Source of the DNA: Halalkalibacterium halodurans
GTDB taxonomy: Bacteria; Bacillota; Bacilli; Bacillales; Bacillaceae_D
Assembly (NCBI RefSeq): GCF_004376175.1
Contig: NZ_SNUY01000018.1
Location: 26,937-58,936 of the forward strand
Reading direction: 5' to 3'
DNA length: 32,000 nt
The position numbers and the translations under genes were made by a program. Shown here piece after piece: positions 1-8,839 of this stretch; position 1 is the first letter of the stretch, and every line of letters starts with the position of its first letter. Below the pieces are notes generated by a model. That model was not told the DNA's origin, ran no database searches, and saw nothing but the letters and a program-made list of their open reading frames with translations.

Positions 1-501
1 AGTACGGAACGAATCCCCTGCCCTTGTTGTGGAGGAACACTTTCAGTGGCAGGAAGCCGGAAACGTGCATGGTATAAAAGCAGTGGCGAGCGCTCCAGGC
101 TTGTGATTCGAAGGCTATATTGTGAGGCATGCGATAAGATTCATCATGAACTCCCTGATATTCTTGTGCCTTATAAAAGGTATGATGCGGAGAGTATAGA
201 AGGTACCGTTTCTACACCACCACGTACAGAGGCAGCGGTGGATGAAGCAACCATCTTTCGATGGAAGAACTGGTTTCAGGTGTGGGTGGCGTATGCCATC
301 GGCTGCCTCCGGTCTATCGCGATACGTTTTGATCTGCCTGTGGAGGAATTGTCCGAATCTCCACAAACCGTACTTCACTCCCTGGGACAATATGTAGGTA
401 TGGAGGAGGGATGGCTGAAGAGAGCTGTCCGTTCCATGACAAATTTAAATCTTTGGGTCACAGACCCGTTCCGCATTTCTGGCCGGACTGCTCTGGAGTA
501 A
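1..501 (+). CDS. DUF6431-like zinc-ribbon protein, N-terminus cut by the window edge
   Basis: The frame is open from nt 1 (STERIPCPCCGGTLS precedes the GTG listed at 46). It carries CPCC and CEAC cysteine pairs. It stops 36 nt before the transposase ATG. Family recalled from memory, not searched. Confidence 0.6.
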   Translation, partial: STERIPCPCCGGTLSVAGSRKRAWYKSSGERSRLVIRRLYCEACDKIHHELPDILVPYKRYDAESIEGTVSTPPRTEAAVDEATIFRWKNWFQVWVAYAIGCLRSIAIRFDLPVEELSESPQTVLHSLGQYVGMEEGWLKRAVRSMTNLNLWVTDPFRISGRTALE

Positions 502-537
502 ACTCATGCTATACCAATGAATGGGAGGCATGAGAAG

Positions 538-1890
538 ATGAAAAGTCAACGGAAAGCGGAAGAAACAGCCGCGGAACGTATGCAGTTAATCTCCCCTCTT
601 TTGGCGGAGGGGTTGGATGCTGGCAAAGCAAGGAAAATCAAGGCTGATATCTGTGAAAGAGCAGGTGTTTCGGAAAGGACCATCCGCCGGTATCTTTCCC
701 AGTACCGTAACGAAGGGTTCGAAGGCTTAAAGCCGAAGGAAAAAGGAAGAAAACCTGCCAGGACAGGGATCCCTCCTGCTTTACTGGAGGAGGCTATCCT
801 TTTGAGGAGGGAGGTTCCGGGGCGGAGTGTCAGCCAGATCATTCAGATTCTTGAGTGGGAAGGAAAGGCAGAGCCGGGAGAATTAAAAAGGAGTACGCTC
901 CAGGAAAAACTGGCTGAACGGGGCTACAGTTCCCGGCAAATGCGGATGTATACAAGCAGTGGAGTTGCCGCAAGAAGATTTCAAAGAAGGTACCGGAACA
1001 GCCTTTGGCAGTCTGATATCAAGTATGGCCCCTTTCTACCGATTGGTCCCAACGGGACCAATAAGCAGGTATACCTAGTCTTGTTTATTGATGACGCCAC
1101 AAGATATGTTCTTCATGGTGAGTGGTATCCCACACTGGATCAGTCCATTGTCGAAGACTGCTTCCGTAAAGCGATACAAAAGGCGGGACTGCCTGAGGCC
1201 GTCTACTTTGATAACGGAAAACAGTACCGGACGAAGTGGATGGGGCGAACCTGTTCTAAACTGGGTATCCGTTTATTATACGCAAAGCCGTACTCACCTG
1301 ATTCGAAAGGGAAGGTGGAAAAGTTTAATAGGAACGTTCAGGCCTTTATGGATGAAGCAATGTTGGAAAAACCGAAAACATTGGATCAGTTTAACCATCT
1401 CTTCCAGGCCTGGCTGAGTGAATGTTATCAGAATAAACCCCACTCTGCTTTGGACGCAGCCAGTCCTGAAGCTGCGTTCCGGTCCGATTCCAAAACGCTT
1501 CGTTTCCCTGAGGTGGATGTACTGGCCAATGCCTTTTTGCATTGCGAAGAAAGAAAAGTAGATAAAGCAGGCTGTATCAGCTTTATGGGCAAGAAATACG
1601 AAGTGGGTCTCTTGTTTATTGGCAGGAAGGTACAAGTGGTTTATGACCTGGCGGACATTTCAGAAGTAACCATTGAATATGAAGGGCATTCTCCGTGGAA
1701 AGCAAGAGAACTGGAGATCGGAGAGCGCGCAGGCAAAAGACCAGTTCTGCCGGATCACCTTCTGATCCAGGAAACAGACCACTCCCGATTACTACAGGGA
1801 GCTGAACAAAAACTGGAAGAACGGAAACAGATTCAAGCCCCTGCCGTCTCCTACCGGAGAGTAAGGAAGGAGGAAAACGGCTATGTTTGA
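538..1890 (+). CDS. DDE (rve / integrase-core) transposase, Mu/TniA/IstA-like
   Basis: I prefer ATG 538 (SD GGGAGG at 523-528) over ATG 517, which has no SD. An N-terminal HTH-like segment is followed by DDE contexts WQSDIKY, YFDNGKQY and KGKVEKFN. The C-terminal motif KVDKAGCISFMGKKYEV is typical of Mu-type transposase C-domains. Confidence 0.85.
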   Translation: MKSQRKAEETAAERMQLISPLLAEGLDAGKARKIKADICERAGVSERTIRRYLSQYRNEGFEGLKPKEKGRKPARTGIPPALLEEAILLRREVPGRSVSQIIQILEWEGKAEPGELKRSTLQEKLAERGYSSRQMRMYTSSGVAARRFQRRYRNSLWQSDIKYGPFLPIGPNGTNKQVYLVLFIDDATRYVLHGEWYPTLDQSIVEDCFRKAIQKAGLPEAVYFDNGKQYRTKWMGRTCSKLGIRLLYAKPYSPDSKGKVEKFNRNVQAFMDEAMLEKPKTLDQFNHLFQAWLSECYQNKPHSALDAASPEAAFRSDSKTLRFPEVDVLANAFLHCEERKVDKAGCISFMGKKYEVGLLFIGRKVQVVYDLADISEVTIEYEGHSPWKARELEIGERAGKRPVLPDHLLIQETDHSRLLQGAEQKLEERKQIQAPAVSYRRVRKEENGYV

Positions 1891-2683
1891 AGCTTTTTAT
1901 GAATTAACTCATACACCCTTTTCCCGGGCTATTCCAACGGAAGAGCTATATAATTCCTACCTGCTGGAAGAGACACTGGGCAGATTGGAATACGCTGCGG
2001 AACGCCAGCTATTTGGAGTCGTTACAGGGGATTGCGGCACAGGAAAAACAACCACGATTCGTCGGTTTATGGATGGGCTGGATCCTTCCAAGTTCTCGCT
2101 TTTATATATTTCCGATTCGAAGCTGACGCCCAGGAACTTTTACAGAGGCGTTCTTGAACAGCTCGGCTGCGAATCTAAGTTTTATCGAGGAGATGCGAAG
2201 AGGCAGCTCCACAAAGAGATTGAACTGATGCGTGGAATCCATGGTATTCAGCCGATTGTAGTAGTGGATGAAGCCCATTTACTGGACCGTGAAATGCTTG
2301 AAGAGGTTCGGTTCTTATTGAATTTTAAAATGGATGCTCAAAGCCCGATGGCCCTTATACTGGTCGGCCAAAACGAACTTTGGGACCGCCTGAAGCTCCA
2401 GTCTTATTCGGCGATCCGCCAGCGAATTGACTTACAGTGCAAGCTGGTTCATTACGACCGTTCAGAGACAAAGGAATACATGAAGCGCCATCTGTCCTAT
2501 TCCGGTGCGAAGCAGGAGATTTTTTCGGATGGGGCAGTAGATTGTATTTATAATTTTTCTAGTGGTTCCGCCCGGCTGATTAACAAAGTGTGTACCCATA
2601 GTCTTTTATACGGGGCACAGAATAAGCGCAGGATTATCGATGATCATATGGTGAAACAGGTGATAGAAGGAGAACTATCTTGA
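1883..2683 (+). CDS. AAA+ transposition ATPase, ExeA/TniB (AAA_22) type
   Basis: ATG 1883 overlaps the transposase stop (ATGTTTGA), with SD AGGAAGGAGG upstream. Walker A is GDCGTGKTT and Walker B is VVVDEAHLL. Confidence 0.8.
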   Translation: MFEAFYELTHTPFSRAIPTEELYNSYLLEETLGRLEYAAERQLFGVVTGDCGTGKTTTIRRFMDGLDPSKFSLLYISDSKLTPRNFYRGVLEQLGCESKFYRGDAKRQLHKEIELMRGIHGIQPIVVVDEAHLLDREMLEEVRFLLNFKMDAQSPMALILVGQNELWDRLKLQSYSAIRQRIDLQCKLVHYDRSETKEYMKRHLSYSGAKQEIFSDGAVDCIYNFSSGSARLINKVCTHSLLYGAQNKRRIIDDHMVKQVIEGELS

Positions 2684-2913
2684 TGTGGGAATGTCGGTTT
2701 ATCGCCTATTCTAAGCTTATGAAGTGTTGGCTTTTGGTAAAAGGGGAATATGGCCGCTTCCTGTATGAGGGAACCCGATTTTATATGCGTTTTGATGAAG
2801 GAGTCTTCCTTCCTTGTCAGCTCGAATTCGATAGACAGTGGTATGTGACCATCGGTGATGAGGGCATACGACTTAATTTGAGAAAGAACGAAGAATACCA
2901 AGTTTATATGTAA
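2683..2913 (+). CDS. small element-associated protein (DUF5348-like)
   Basis: ATG 2683 overlaps the ATPase stop (TGATG), implying translational coupling. 76 aa. Family recalled from memory only. Confidence 0.5.
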   Translation: MWECRFIAYSKLMKCWLLVKGEYGRFLYEGTRFYMRFDEGVFLPCQLEFDRQWYVTIGDEGIRLNLRKNEEYQVYM

Positions 2914-2919
2914 TTAATA

Positions 2920-2954
2920 GGGAAGCGATGCACAACCAAGCTTCCCTTTCATTT
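2920..2954 (+). terminator. Rho-independent terminator after the transposon genes
   Basis: Stem GGGAAGC (2920-2926) pairs with GCTTCCC (2940-2946), followed by TTTCATTT. Confidence 0.6.
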
Positions 2955-3070
2955 GGACAAAATAGGGAGCAATATCGGGACAAAGTTTCCCGTCTTCCGC
3001 ATGACTTTATATGGCGTCAGTAACAACATAGTAATCATGAGGTTCGTTACAAAAAAGGAGTTGAATCAAA

Positions 3071-3739
3071 ATGATCAAGAGAGGATTCGTTGTCCTAGTA
3101 CTTATGGCGGCTATGTTTTCAAACCCTGCCTTTGTCCAAGCCCAGCAGCAGGCTCATGTCAGAGTGTTACATGCTTCGCCTGATGCTCCACCAGTAGATG
3201 TGTATATTGATGGAAAAAAACAGATGGAGGGCGTGCCATTTAAGCAAACGAGCAGCTATTTCAACGTCCCTGCTGGGGATCATATGATCACTATTTTTGC
3301 AGCAGGGGATGATCCGGCAGAAACCCCTGTGATTGAAGAAACTTTATTAGTCGAGGCTGGGAAAAATTACACAGCAGCTGTCGTAGATGAAGTAGATGCG
3401 ATCCACTTAGTTGTTTTAGAAGATGAACAAGAGGTGAATCGAGGAGGAGCGGCTAAGCTTCGAGCGGTTCACCTATCTCCAGATACACCAGCTGTTCAAC
3501 TACACCTCTCAGCAGCCAATGTTGACATGCCATCCCTTTCTTTTGAGAATGCGTCCCGTTATATCGATCTACCCGCGGGTGCATATGACCTCGACATTCG
3601 AATGATTGAAACGGATGATGTGGCAACAGAGGGGAACAGACTGCAGGTGAAAGAAGGAACAGCATACACGGCTATTGTTGTCGGACTTCAACGGGGTGAA
3701 CCTGAGTTTGAAGTGGTTTTACTTACAGACACTAAATAA
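3071..3739 (+). CDS. secreted DUF4397-domain protein
   Basis: SD AAGGAG lies 10 nt upstream. Signal peptide MIKRGFVVLVLMAAMFSNPAFVQA. Two repeats begin VRVLHASPDAPPVDVYIDG and LRAVHLSPDTPAVQLHL, characteristic of DUF4397. Confidence 0.75.
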   Translation: MIKRGFVVLVLMAAMFSNPAFVQAQQQAHVRVLHASPDAPPVDVYIDGKKQMEGVPFKQTSSYFNVPAGDHMITIFAAGDDPAETPVIEETLLVEAGKNYTAAVVDEVDAIHLVVLEDEQEVNRGGAAKLRAVHLSPDTPAVQLHLSAANVDMPSLSFENASRYIDLPAGAYDLDIRMIETDDVATEGNRLQVKEGTAYTAIVVGLQRGEPEFEVVLLTDTK

Positions 3740-3756
3740 GAACGTACGTCCTTACC

Positions 3757-3790
3757 AAGCAGCAAGTCGACTCGGCTTGCTGCTTAGTTA
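3757..3790 (+). terminator. hairpin terminator after the DUF4397 gene
   Basis: A 10-bp stem, AAGCAGCAAG (3757-3766) with CTTGCTGCTT (3776-3785). The downstream U-tract is weak. Confidence 0.5.
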
Positions 3791-3979
3791 TGCGAGTTAG
3801 GAAGGATTCATCTCATGTGTTAGTACAGCTTAAAATGGTGGAAATAGTAAAACCATAGAACCTGCCAAAGGAAAAATGACAGGTTGCTCGCTTTTTTTTA
3901 AAATAGATTGTTTTCCTTACTCCATAACCGATCATTTGTTATCATATGAAGGGGAAGAAAGAGAGGTTGATTAAGACGT

Positions 3980-4195
3980 ATGTTTGAAACGTGGAATAAA
4001 TATGGGGCAAAAAGTGCGATTGTTTTTGCTGGTGGTATCATTCTGATTGGAATATTTCAGATCATGATAAGTATCGATGTAGCTATGTGGGAACGGCTAG
4101 GCATTAGCGTTCTCTTTATCCTGATCATTTCAGGCTTTATGTACGGCTATTACAAGCTCATCACGTTTCTGGTTAAACATTTATCGAGCAGGTGA
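3980..4195 (+). CDS. small two-TM membrane protein, unknown function
   Basis: 71-aa ORF with two hydrophobic segments and a weak, distant SD. It is followed by the 4245-4279 terminator. Confidence 0.4.
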   Translation: MFETWNKYGAKSAIVFAGGIILIGIFQIMISIDVAMWERLGISVLFILIISGFMYGYYKLITFLVKHLSSR

Positions 4196-4244
4196 CCTAC
4201 TGATGGGGGTCTTGATAAAAGAGGGGACGGAATGTACGTAACAT

Positions 4245-4279
4245 GCAAAAAAGCGGACTCTACTGATCCGCTTTTTTGC
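4245..4279. terminator. bidirectional terminator between convergent genes
   Basis: Stem GCAAAAAAGCGGA (4245-4257) pairs with TCCGCTTTTTTGC (4267-4279). A/T runs on both sides allow use on either strand. Confidence 0.75.
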
Positions 4280-4285
4280 ATACTT

Positions 4286-5710
4286 TTATCCAACTTGACG
4301 TTCTTCAGACGTGTCTTCATCCCAGCATTCCGTGTTTTCAATGCCTAATTTGGATGGAGAGAATGTCGGATCGAGTCCTTGTTTACGCTGAGTCTCATAG
4401 TCTTTTAATACCTTGAAGGCCACCCGTCCTAAAAGGGCGATACCTACGAGGTTAATAACGGTCATCAAAGCCATGAAGACGTCGGCTAAATCCCACACAA
4501 GGCCGAGGCTTGCATTGGCGCCAAACATGACAAGACCCATCGTAGCAAGACGATAAAATAAAACCCCAGTTTGACTCTTTTTAATAAATTCAATATTCGT
4601 TTCCCCATAGTAATAGCTTCCGATAATGGAGCTAAAGGCAAATAGGAAGATCGCGATCGCGACAAAAATGGACGCCCATGGACCAATATGAGAACTTAAA
4701 GAATCTTGCAAGAGTGTAATTCCGGCAGCTTCAGTAGATGTGCCAAACCCTTCAGCCATAATGATAATAAAGGCAGTTGCCGTACAAACAATCAACGTGT
4801 CAACAAATACTCCGAGAGTTTGAATAAATCCTTGCTTCGCTGGATGTGTAACGTCAGCTACAGCAGCAGCGTTTGGTGCACTACCCATCCCTGCTTCATT
4901 GGAAAATAGGCCACGGCGCACCCCTTGCATGATGGCAGCCCCAATTCCTCCACCGATCGCCTGCTCTAATCCAAAAGCGCTTTGAATAATTAAAGAAATG
5001 GCAGCAGGAACTTGAGAGATGTTCATGATGACCACAATAGCGGCGATTGTAATATATAACAGAGCCATCACTGGAACAATGACGCTAGAAACATTGGCAA
5101 TCCGGTGAACGCCACCGAAAATAATCGCACCAGTTAACACCGTAATAATAACCCCCATTAACCAAGTAGGGATCCCGAAAGCGTTATTAAAAGCTTCTGC
5201 AATCGTGTTGCTCTGTACAGAATTAAAAATAAGTCCAAACGTAATCGCAATTAAAACAGCAAACATGATCCCGAGCCAACGCATGCCAAGTCCTTTTTCA
5301 ATGTAGTAGGCAGGACCACCGCGAAAAACAGATTTCTCTTTATCCTTTATTTTGTAGACTTGAGCGAGTGTACTTTCAATAAAGCTAGTGGCACCACCGA
5401 GTAAAGCGACTAACCACATCCAAAAAACAGCACCTGGTCCACCGATCGTAATTGCGACAGCAACACCGGCTAAGTTACCGGTTCCAATTCGAGTCGCAGC
5501 TCCAATACAAAACGATTTAAAGGAGCTGATGCTCTTGACTTTCTGTCCGTCCTTTGGTGGATCAAATAGGACGCGAATCATTTCCTTTAAGTATCGAAAT
5601 TGAACAAAGTTTGTGCGGAACGTAAAATATACGCCGAGGCCGAGTAATCCGCCGATGACGACATACGTCCACAGAAAACCATTGACCCCGTCAATGAGTT
5701 GTTGAAGCAT
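4286..5710 (-). CDS. alanine/glycine:cation symporter (AGCS family)
   Basis: 474-aa polytopic membrane protein. Motifs such as GGPGAVFWMW and SNEAGMGSAP are typical of AlsT/AGCS sodium:alanine symporters. Confidence 0.9.
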   Translation of the reverse strand: MLQQLIDGVNGFLWTYVVIGGLLGLGVYFTFRTNFVQFRYLKEMIRVLFDPPKDGQKVKSISSFKSFCIGAATRIGTGNLAGVAVAITIGGPGAVFWMWLVALLGGATSFIESTLAQVYKIKDKEKSVFRGGPAYYIEKGLGMRWLGIMFAVLIAITFGLIFNSVQSNTIAEAFNNAFGIPTWLMGVIITVLTGAIIFGGVHRIANVSSVIVPVMALLYITIAAIVVIMNISQVPAAISLIIQSAFGLEQAIGGGIGAAIMQGVRRGLFSNEAGMGSAPNAAAVADVTHPAKQGFIQTLGVFVDTLIVCTATAFIIIMAEGFGTSTEAAGITLLQDSLSSHIGPWASIFVAIAIFLFAFSSIIGSYYYGETNIEFIKKSQTGVLFYRLATMGLVMFGANASLGLVWDLADVFMALMTVINLVGIALLGRVAFKVLKDYETQRKQGLDPTFSPSKLGIENTECWDEDTSEERQVG

Positions 5711-5896
5711 TGAGATAACCCCCTATTCATTGTTATACGACAGATTATATCTAGAAAAGTTAAAAATAGATACAAAGCATGTCAGATTATTTAACATACT
5801 TTTTTAGAATATTACATAATTCGTTAGGAAGTCTAACAATTTCTATCCAATTTCTAACAATGAGAATCTCCTCCGTGTGATTTTGACGTGTACAGA

Positions 5897-5926
5897 CACG
5901 ACCAAGCCCAAGTCGACATACCTATA
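5897..5926 (+). promoter_or_regulatory. candidate mother-cell (sigma-E/sigma-K type) promoter of sigK
   Basis: ACACG around 5897, then about 17 nt, then CATACCTATA at 5917-5926. This approximates the AC-N17-CATAnnnTA / CATACAnT consensus, about 40 nt upstream of the GTG start. Consensus match by eye only. Confidence 0.3.
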
Positions 5927-5964
5927 AAGGTAAAAGGTAACGAACTGATCATGGGGGTGATGTC

Positions 5965-6672
5965 GTGTCGAGCATTATCGCGGCACTTACGTACTTTTTT
6001 AAAGAAGTATTAGTGTTCGTTTCGTACGTGAAAAACAATGCCTTTCCGCAACCGTTAAGCAAAGAAGAGGAGCGACATTATTTAAAGCGAATGGCAGAAG
6101 GGGATGAGGAGGCGCGCAACCGTCTAATTGAACATAACTTACGACTGGTCGCCCATATTGTAAAAAAGTTCGAAAACACAAGGGAGCATACGGAAGATTT
6201 AATATCCATCGGTACGATTGGTTTAATAAAAGCGATTGAAAGCTTCTCTGAGGGGAAAGGCACGAAATTAGCCACTTATGCGGCCCGTTGTATAGAGAAC
6301 GAAATCTTGATGCATTTAAGAGCTCTGAAAAAAGTAAAAAAAGATGTCTCGCTCCATGACCCGATCGGAACGGATAAAGAGGGAAACGAAATTACACTTA
6401 TTGATGTTCTTCAGGAAGATTCGGAGGACATTGCTGATTCCATTCAGCTAAAAATGGAAAAGAAACAAATTTACGAATACATTCATGTTCTCGATGACCG
6501 GGAAAAGGAAGTGATCGTAGGCAGGTTCGGACTTGACTTAGAAGAGGAACGGACCCAGCGGGAGATTGCCAAAGAACTCGGAATATCGAGAAGTTATGTA
6601 TCCCGAATTGAAAAACGGGCGCTTATGAAGCTATTTCATGAGTTTTATAAACATAACCATGGGAAAGGATAA
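5965..6672 (+). CDS. sigK: RNA polymerase sporulation sigma factor pro-sigma-K, uninterrupted
   Basis: GTG start with SD GGGGGTGA. The pro-sequence and processing region [15 protein letters not shown] are present. [37 protein letters not shown] and [14 protein letters not shown] are near-identical to B. subtilis SigK. Confidence 0.95.
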   Translation: MSSIIAALTYFFKEVLVFVSYVKNNAFPQPLSKEEERHYLKRMAEGDEEARNRLIEHNLRLVAHIVKKFENTREHTEDLISIGTIGLIKAIESFSEGKGTKLATYAARCIENEILMHLRALKKVKKDVSLHDPIGTDKEGNEITLIDVLQEDSEDIADSIQLKMEKKQIYEYIHVLDDREKEVIVGRFGLDLEEERTQREIAKELGISRSYVSRIEKRALMKLFHEFYKHNHGKG

Positions 6673-6704
6673 AAGAACCGCTCGATGAAAAGCGGTTCTT
6701 TTAC
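6673..6704. terminator. bidirectional terminator shared by sigK and the convergent SPOCS-like gene
   Basis: Stem AAGAACCGCT (6673-6682) pairs with AGCGGTTCTT (6691-6700), flanked by an A-run and a T-run. Confidence 0.8.
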
Positions 6705-6710
6705 TGTAAA

Positions 6711-7486
6711 TTAAGGGGTGGGGCCACCGACGCCATTCCCATTTCCATTTGGTGGTGCAGGAAAGGTAACGGTTGGTGGAGTAGTCAATGGCTGACAACG
6801 ATGCTGAACTAAGTCACATTTATGACCTTCTTTATCCACAACGATTGGTCGAGTTACAGTGATTGTAGTACGTAGGATAACTTTGACTAAAATACCCTCG
6901 ACTAACTCTAAGCCTGCAACCCCAAGTACTGGTACACCTGGTTGGGTAAATATTCCTTCCACTTCAAGAGGTGTTTCATGCAACCTATCCTCTGGACAGG
7001 CTCCAGGACAATCAGTATGCTCTTGAAATGGTAAGCTCGTGGTAAGTGTAAGAGGTAACTGAATCCCTAATACTGTTATTGTGATGGTTGCTGGAATCAA
7101 CCCGATATTAACAACTTTATCTTGGATAATTCTAGCGTTTTGAGTAATTCCATTTAGATCTGGTACAACATTGATAGAGATTATATCAGCAATCGTAATA
7201 CCTGCTGGGGCAATTAAATCAAGAGGGAATGTTATTTCTGCAACTTTTGTACTGTTTTTGAACAAACAAGTGAATCGACTACGATGCAGTCACTCGTCAA
7301 TGGTGCCTCTTTACGTACTGGGGCTTTAAAATGACAATCACAAACCGAATCGTGGCATCCACAACTTGTGCAGTGATCGACAGGCTTTCTTTTCTTTCTA
7401 CGTTTTGGAGGAACTGGTTTTGGCTTTATCGGCTCAAACGGCTCGCGATCTTTAATTGTCGCGCAAACTTTTTTCCATCTATGCAT
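6711..7486 (-). pseudogene. SPOCS/DUF3794-like spore-associated protein with a Cys/Lys-rich N-terminus, split into two frames (7232-7486 and 6711-7265)
   Basis: ATG 7486 has a strong SD (AAAGGAGAC). The downstream ORF has only a TTG start and no SD. The two frames overlap across 7235-7290, and a single added A in either A-run (plus-strand T-runs 7255-7259 or 7245-7248) fuses them. The C-terminal part shows a SPOCS-like pattern (ADIISINVVPDLNGITQNARIIQDKVVNIGLIPATITI; SLPFQEHTDCPGACPEDRLHETPLEVEGIF). Confidence 0.55.
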
Positions 7487-7520
7487 TTGTTATTGTCTCC
7501 TTTCTTTTCGATTCCATGAG

Positions 7521-7548
7521 TAGTGTATACGCCCTTAATTGAAACAGT
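7521..7548 (-). promoter_or_regulatory. candidate sigma-K-type promoter of the SPOCS-like gene
   Basis: The minus strand reads AC-N17-TATACACTA, against the consensus AC-N16/17-CATAnnnTA. It ends about 35 nt upstream of ATG 7486. Confidence 0.4.
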
Positions 7549-7757
7549 CACATGGAATTCTAAGGATTTTGTTATTATATGTTAATTTTTCGACGGTTTT
7601 TATCGATATATATTGGATATGAGTTTTGGGTGGTGGGTAAGTATCATGCAGAAAACCCATAAAAATAAAGGTTTATATGGAAGGCAATGATGTTTATGGG
7701 TATAAGTACATTTTTTTGCAAATGGGGAGAAGCCTATGAAAGCTATTGATTAAATGC

Positions 7758-8114
7758 TCAAAACTTAAAACAGCCTCTCACATCCATTTGCAATACCTCC
7801 TCAAGGTCCTCCATCCTGATTAAGAAAAAATTAGCTTCATTAACGGCCTGAGCGGGATGACCGTTCACTGTGAGATCTCTTTGAACGGTCGGAAGGTGGA
7901 TGGAAAAATGGGAGGATGCGGAGGGATTTTTCATTAGAGCGCCTTGACTAACGGATAAGATCATATGATGATCGTAGAAATCTTCAGGATAGAAGCGTTC
8001 AAAGGGAGTGGTAAGGGAATACGAAGGAGCTTCCTCCGAGGCGAAAGCCGGGACTAGTAACCATTGCGGCTGAAGCTGTCCATCAATGTCCTCGTAATAA
8101 ACGTGAAACCTCAT
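7758..8114 (-). CDS. hypothetical 118-aa soluble protein coupled to the ImmA-like peptidase gene
   Basis: ATG 8114 has its own SD GGAGAGGAGAA and overlaps the peptidase 3' end by 32 nt. No TM segment and no motif I recognise. Confidence 0.6.
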   Translation of the reverse strand: MRFHVYYEDIDGQLQPQWLLVPAFASEEAPSYSLTTPFERFYPEDFYDHHMILSVSQGALMKNPSASSHFSIHLPTVQRDLTVNGHPAQAVNEANFFLIRMEDLEEVLQMDVRGCFKF

Positions 8115-8703
8115 AGTTTATGTTCTCCTCTCCGACTTGGCTTTCTAATTGTTTTAACACATCATAGGTTGATGGATAGATTCGTTTAGGTTGCAAGCTT
8201 TTTGTACGAAATTTTGACTCCTGTTCGTGTAATTGAATTTGCTGATTTGTACGACATTGCTCCCTTTGAATCGTTTTTACCCGTTCATTGATCATCTCTT
8301 CAGGCAGCTCAAACAATTCAGCTAACGTTGCAATACATTGATGCTTAAAAGCGAGCGGTTCAAAAATGTGGCGTGGCATTGCAAGATAAAGAGAAATCCA
8401 GTAGGCTTGCCTTTCTTGTAAAGAGTTGAACTCCTGAGGAAGTTGATTCTGATCTCCGTAGTGGGCAATGACATGGGCTAATTCATGAAAAAATTCTTTG
8501 CGCATCGTTGGAACAGGATTCCGCTTTAAGCGAATGATCGCAAAGTCATGATCATATGTTGCGTGACTTGGAAAATCATGATAAAGGACCATTGTATTAA
8601 ATGCGGTTGCTACATGGTCAATTGCCAGATGTTCCACTGTTTCGAAACCTTTGTTTTTCATTAATTGGCTATATTTTGAATCATTAGTCGTTCTAAATCT
8701 CAT
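8083..8703 (-). CDS. ImmA/IrrE-family (COG2856) zinc metallopeptidase
   Basis: HEXXH motif in FFHELAHVIAH, with the downstream LYLAMP segment typical of ImmA/IrrE. SD AGGTGAT lies 6 nt upstream. Confidence 0.85.
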   Translation of the reverse strand: MRFRTTNDSKYSQLMKNKGFETVEHLAIDHVATAFNTMVLYHDFPSHATYDHDFAIIRLKRNPVPTMRKEFFHELAHVIAHYGDQNQLPQEFNSLQERQAYWISLYLAMPRHIFEPLAFKHQCIATLAELFELPEEMINERVKTIQREQCRTNQQIQLHEQESKFRTKSLQPKRIYPSTYDVLKQLESQVGEENINYEVSRLLRGH

Positions 8704-8839
8704 GAAAAATCACCTGTTCACACGAATGTATGTTCTGTCTTTTGTTAAAAGAAGAAGCCACGCTTTAAATAAGGGGCTTTAGTAGATTTGATAGTTGTTT
8801 TTAATTATAACGTATTTTTGGAACAGATTCCATAAACTT

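Larger units (their letters stand above)
1..2990 (+). mobile_element. Transposon-like module (DUF6431-like / rve transposase / AAA ATPase / DUF5348-like); left end outside the window, right end approximate
   Basis: Four tightly packed or overlapping co-oriented genes. Hand-counted lines are visibly G+C-richer than neighbouring DNA. GGACAAA repeats at 2955-2961 and 2979-2985 follow the terminator and are candidate end-binding sites. Confidence 0.6.

Noticed and set aside
517-2683. Labelling the left-hand element a standard IS21 (istA/istB)
   Set aside because: The ATPase Walker motifs are of the TniB/ExeA (AAA_22) kind, and two extra coupled small genes are present. Family placement needs an ISfinder comparison, so I left it generic.
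2953-3183. A 76-aa plus-strand ORF spanning the transposon end and the start of the DUF4397 gene
   Set aside because: It has a TTG start and no SD. It overlaps the well-supported 3071 start out of frame and runs through the putative element end repeats.
5711-5964. A glycine riboswitch or T-box leader upstream of the AGCS symporter gene
   Set aside because: I could not find the conserved glycine-riboswitch cores (GGAGAG...ACCGAAGGGGCAA) or a T-box sequence on the minus strand. The leader appears short.
7657-7702. The imperfect inverted repeat CCCATAAA ... TTTATGGG in the 270-bp spacer between the SPOCS-like gene and the 118-aa ORF
   Set aside because: The loop is long (about 29 nt), the stem is AT-rich, and there is no U-tract. 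It is not convincing as a terminator or a structured RNA.
8083-8114. The 32-nt overlap between the ImmA-like gene and the 118-aa ORF, considered as a frameshifted single gene
   Set aside because: The 118-aa ORF has its own strong SD at the correct spacing. The peptidase is already full length for the family. Two genes is the simpler reading.
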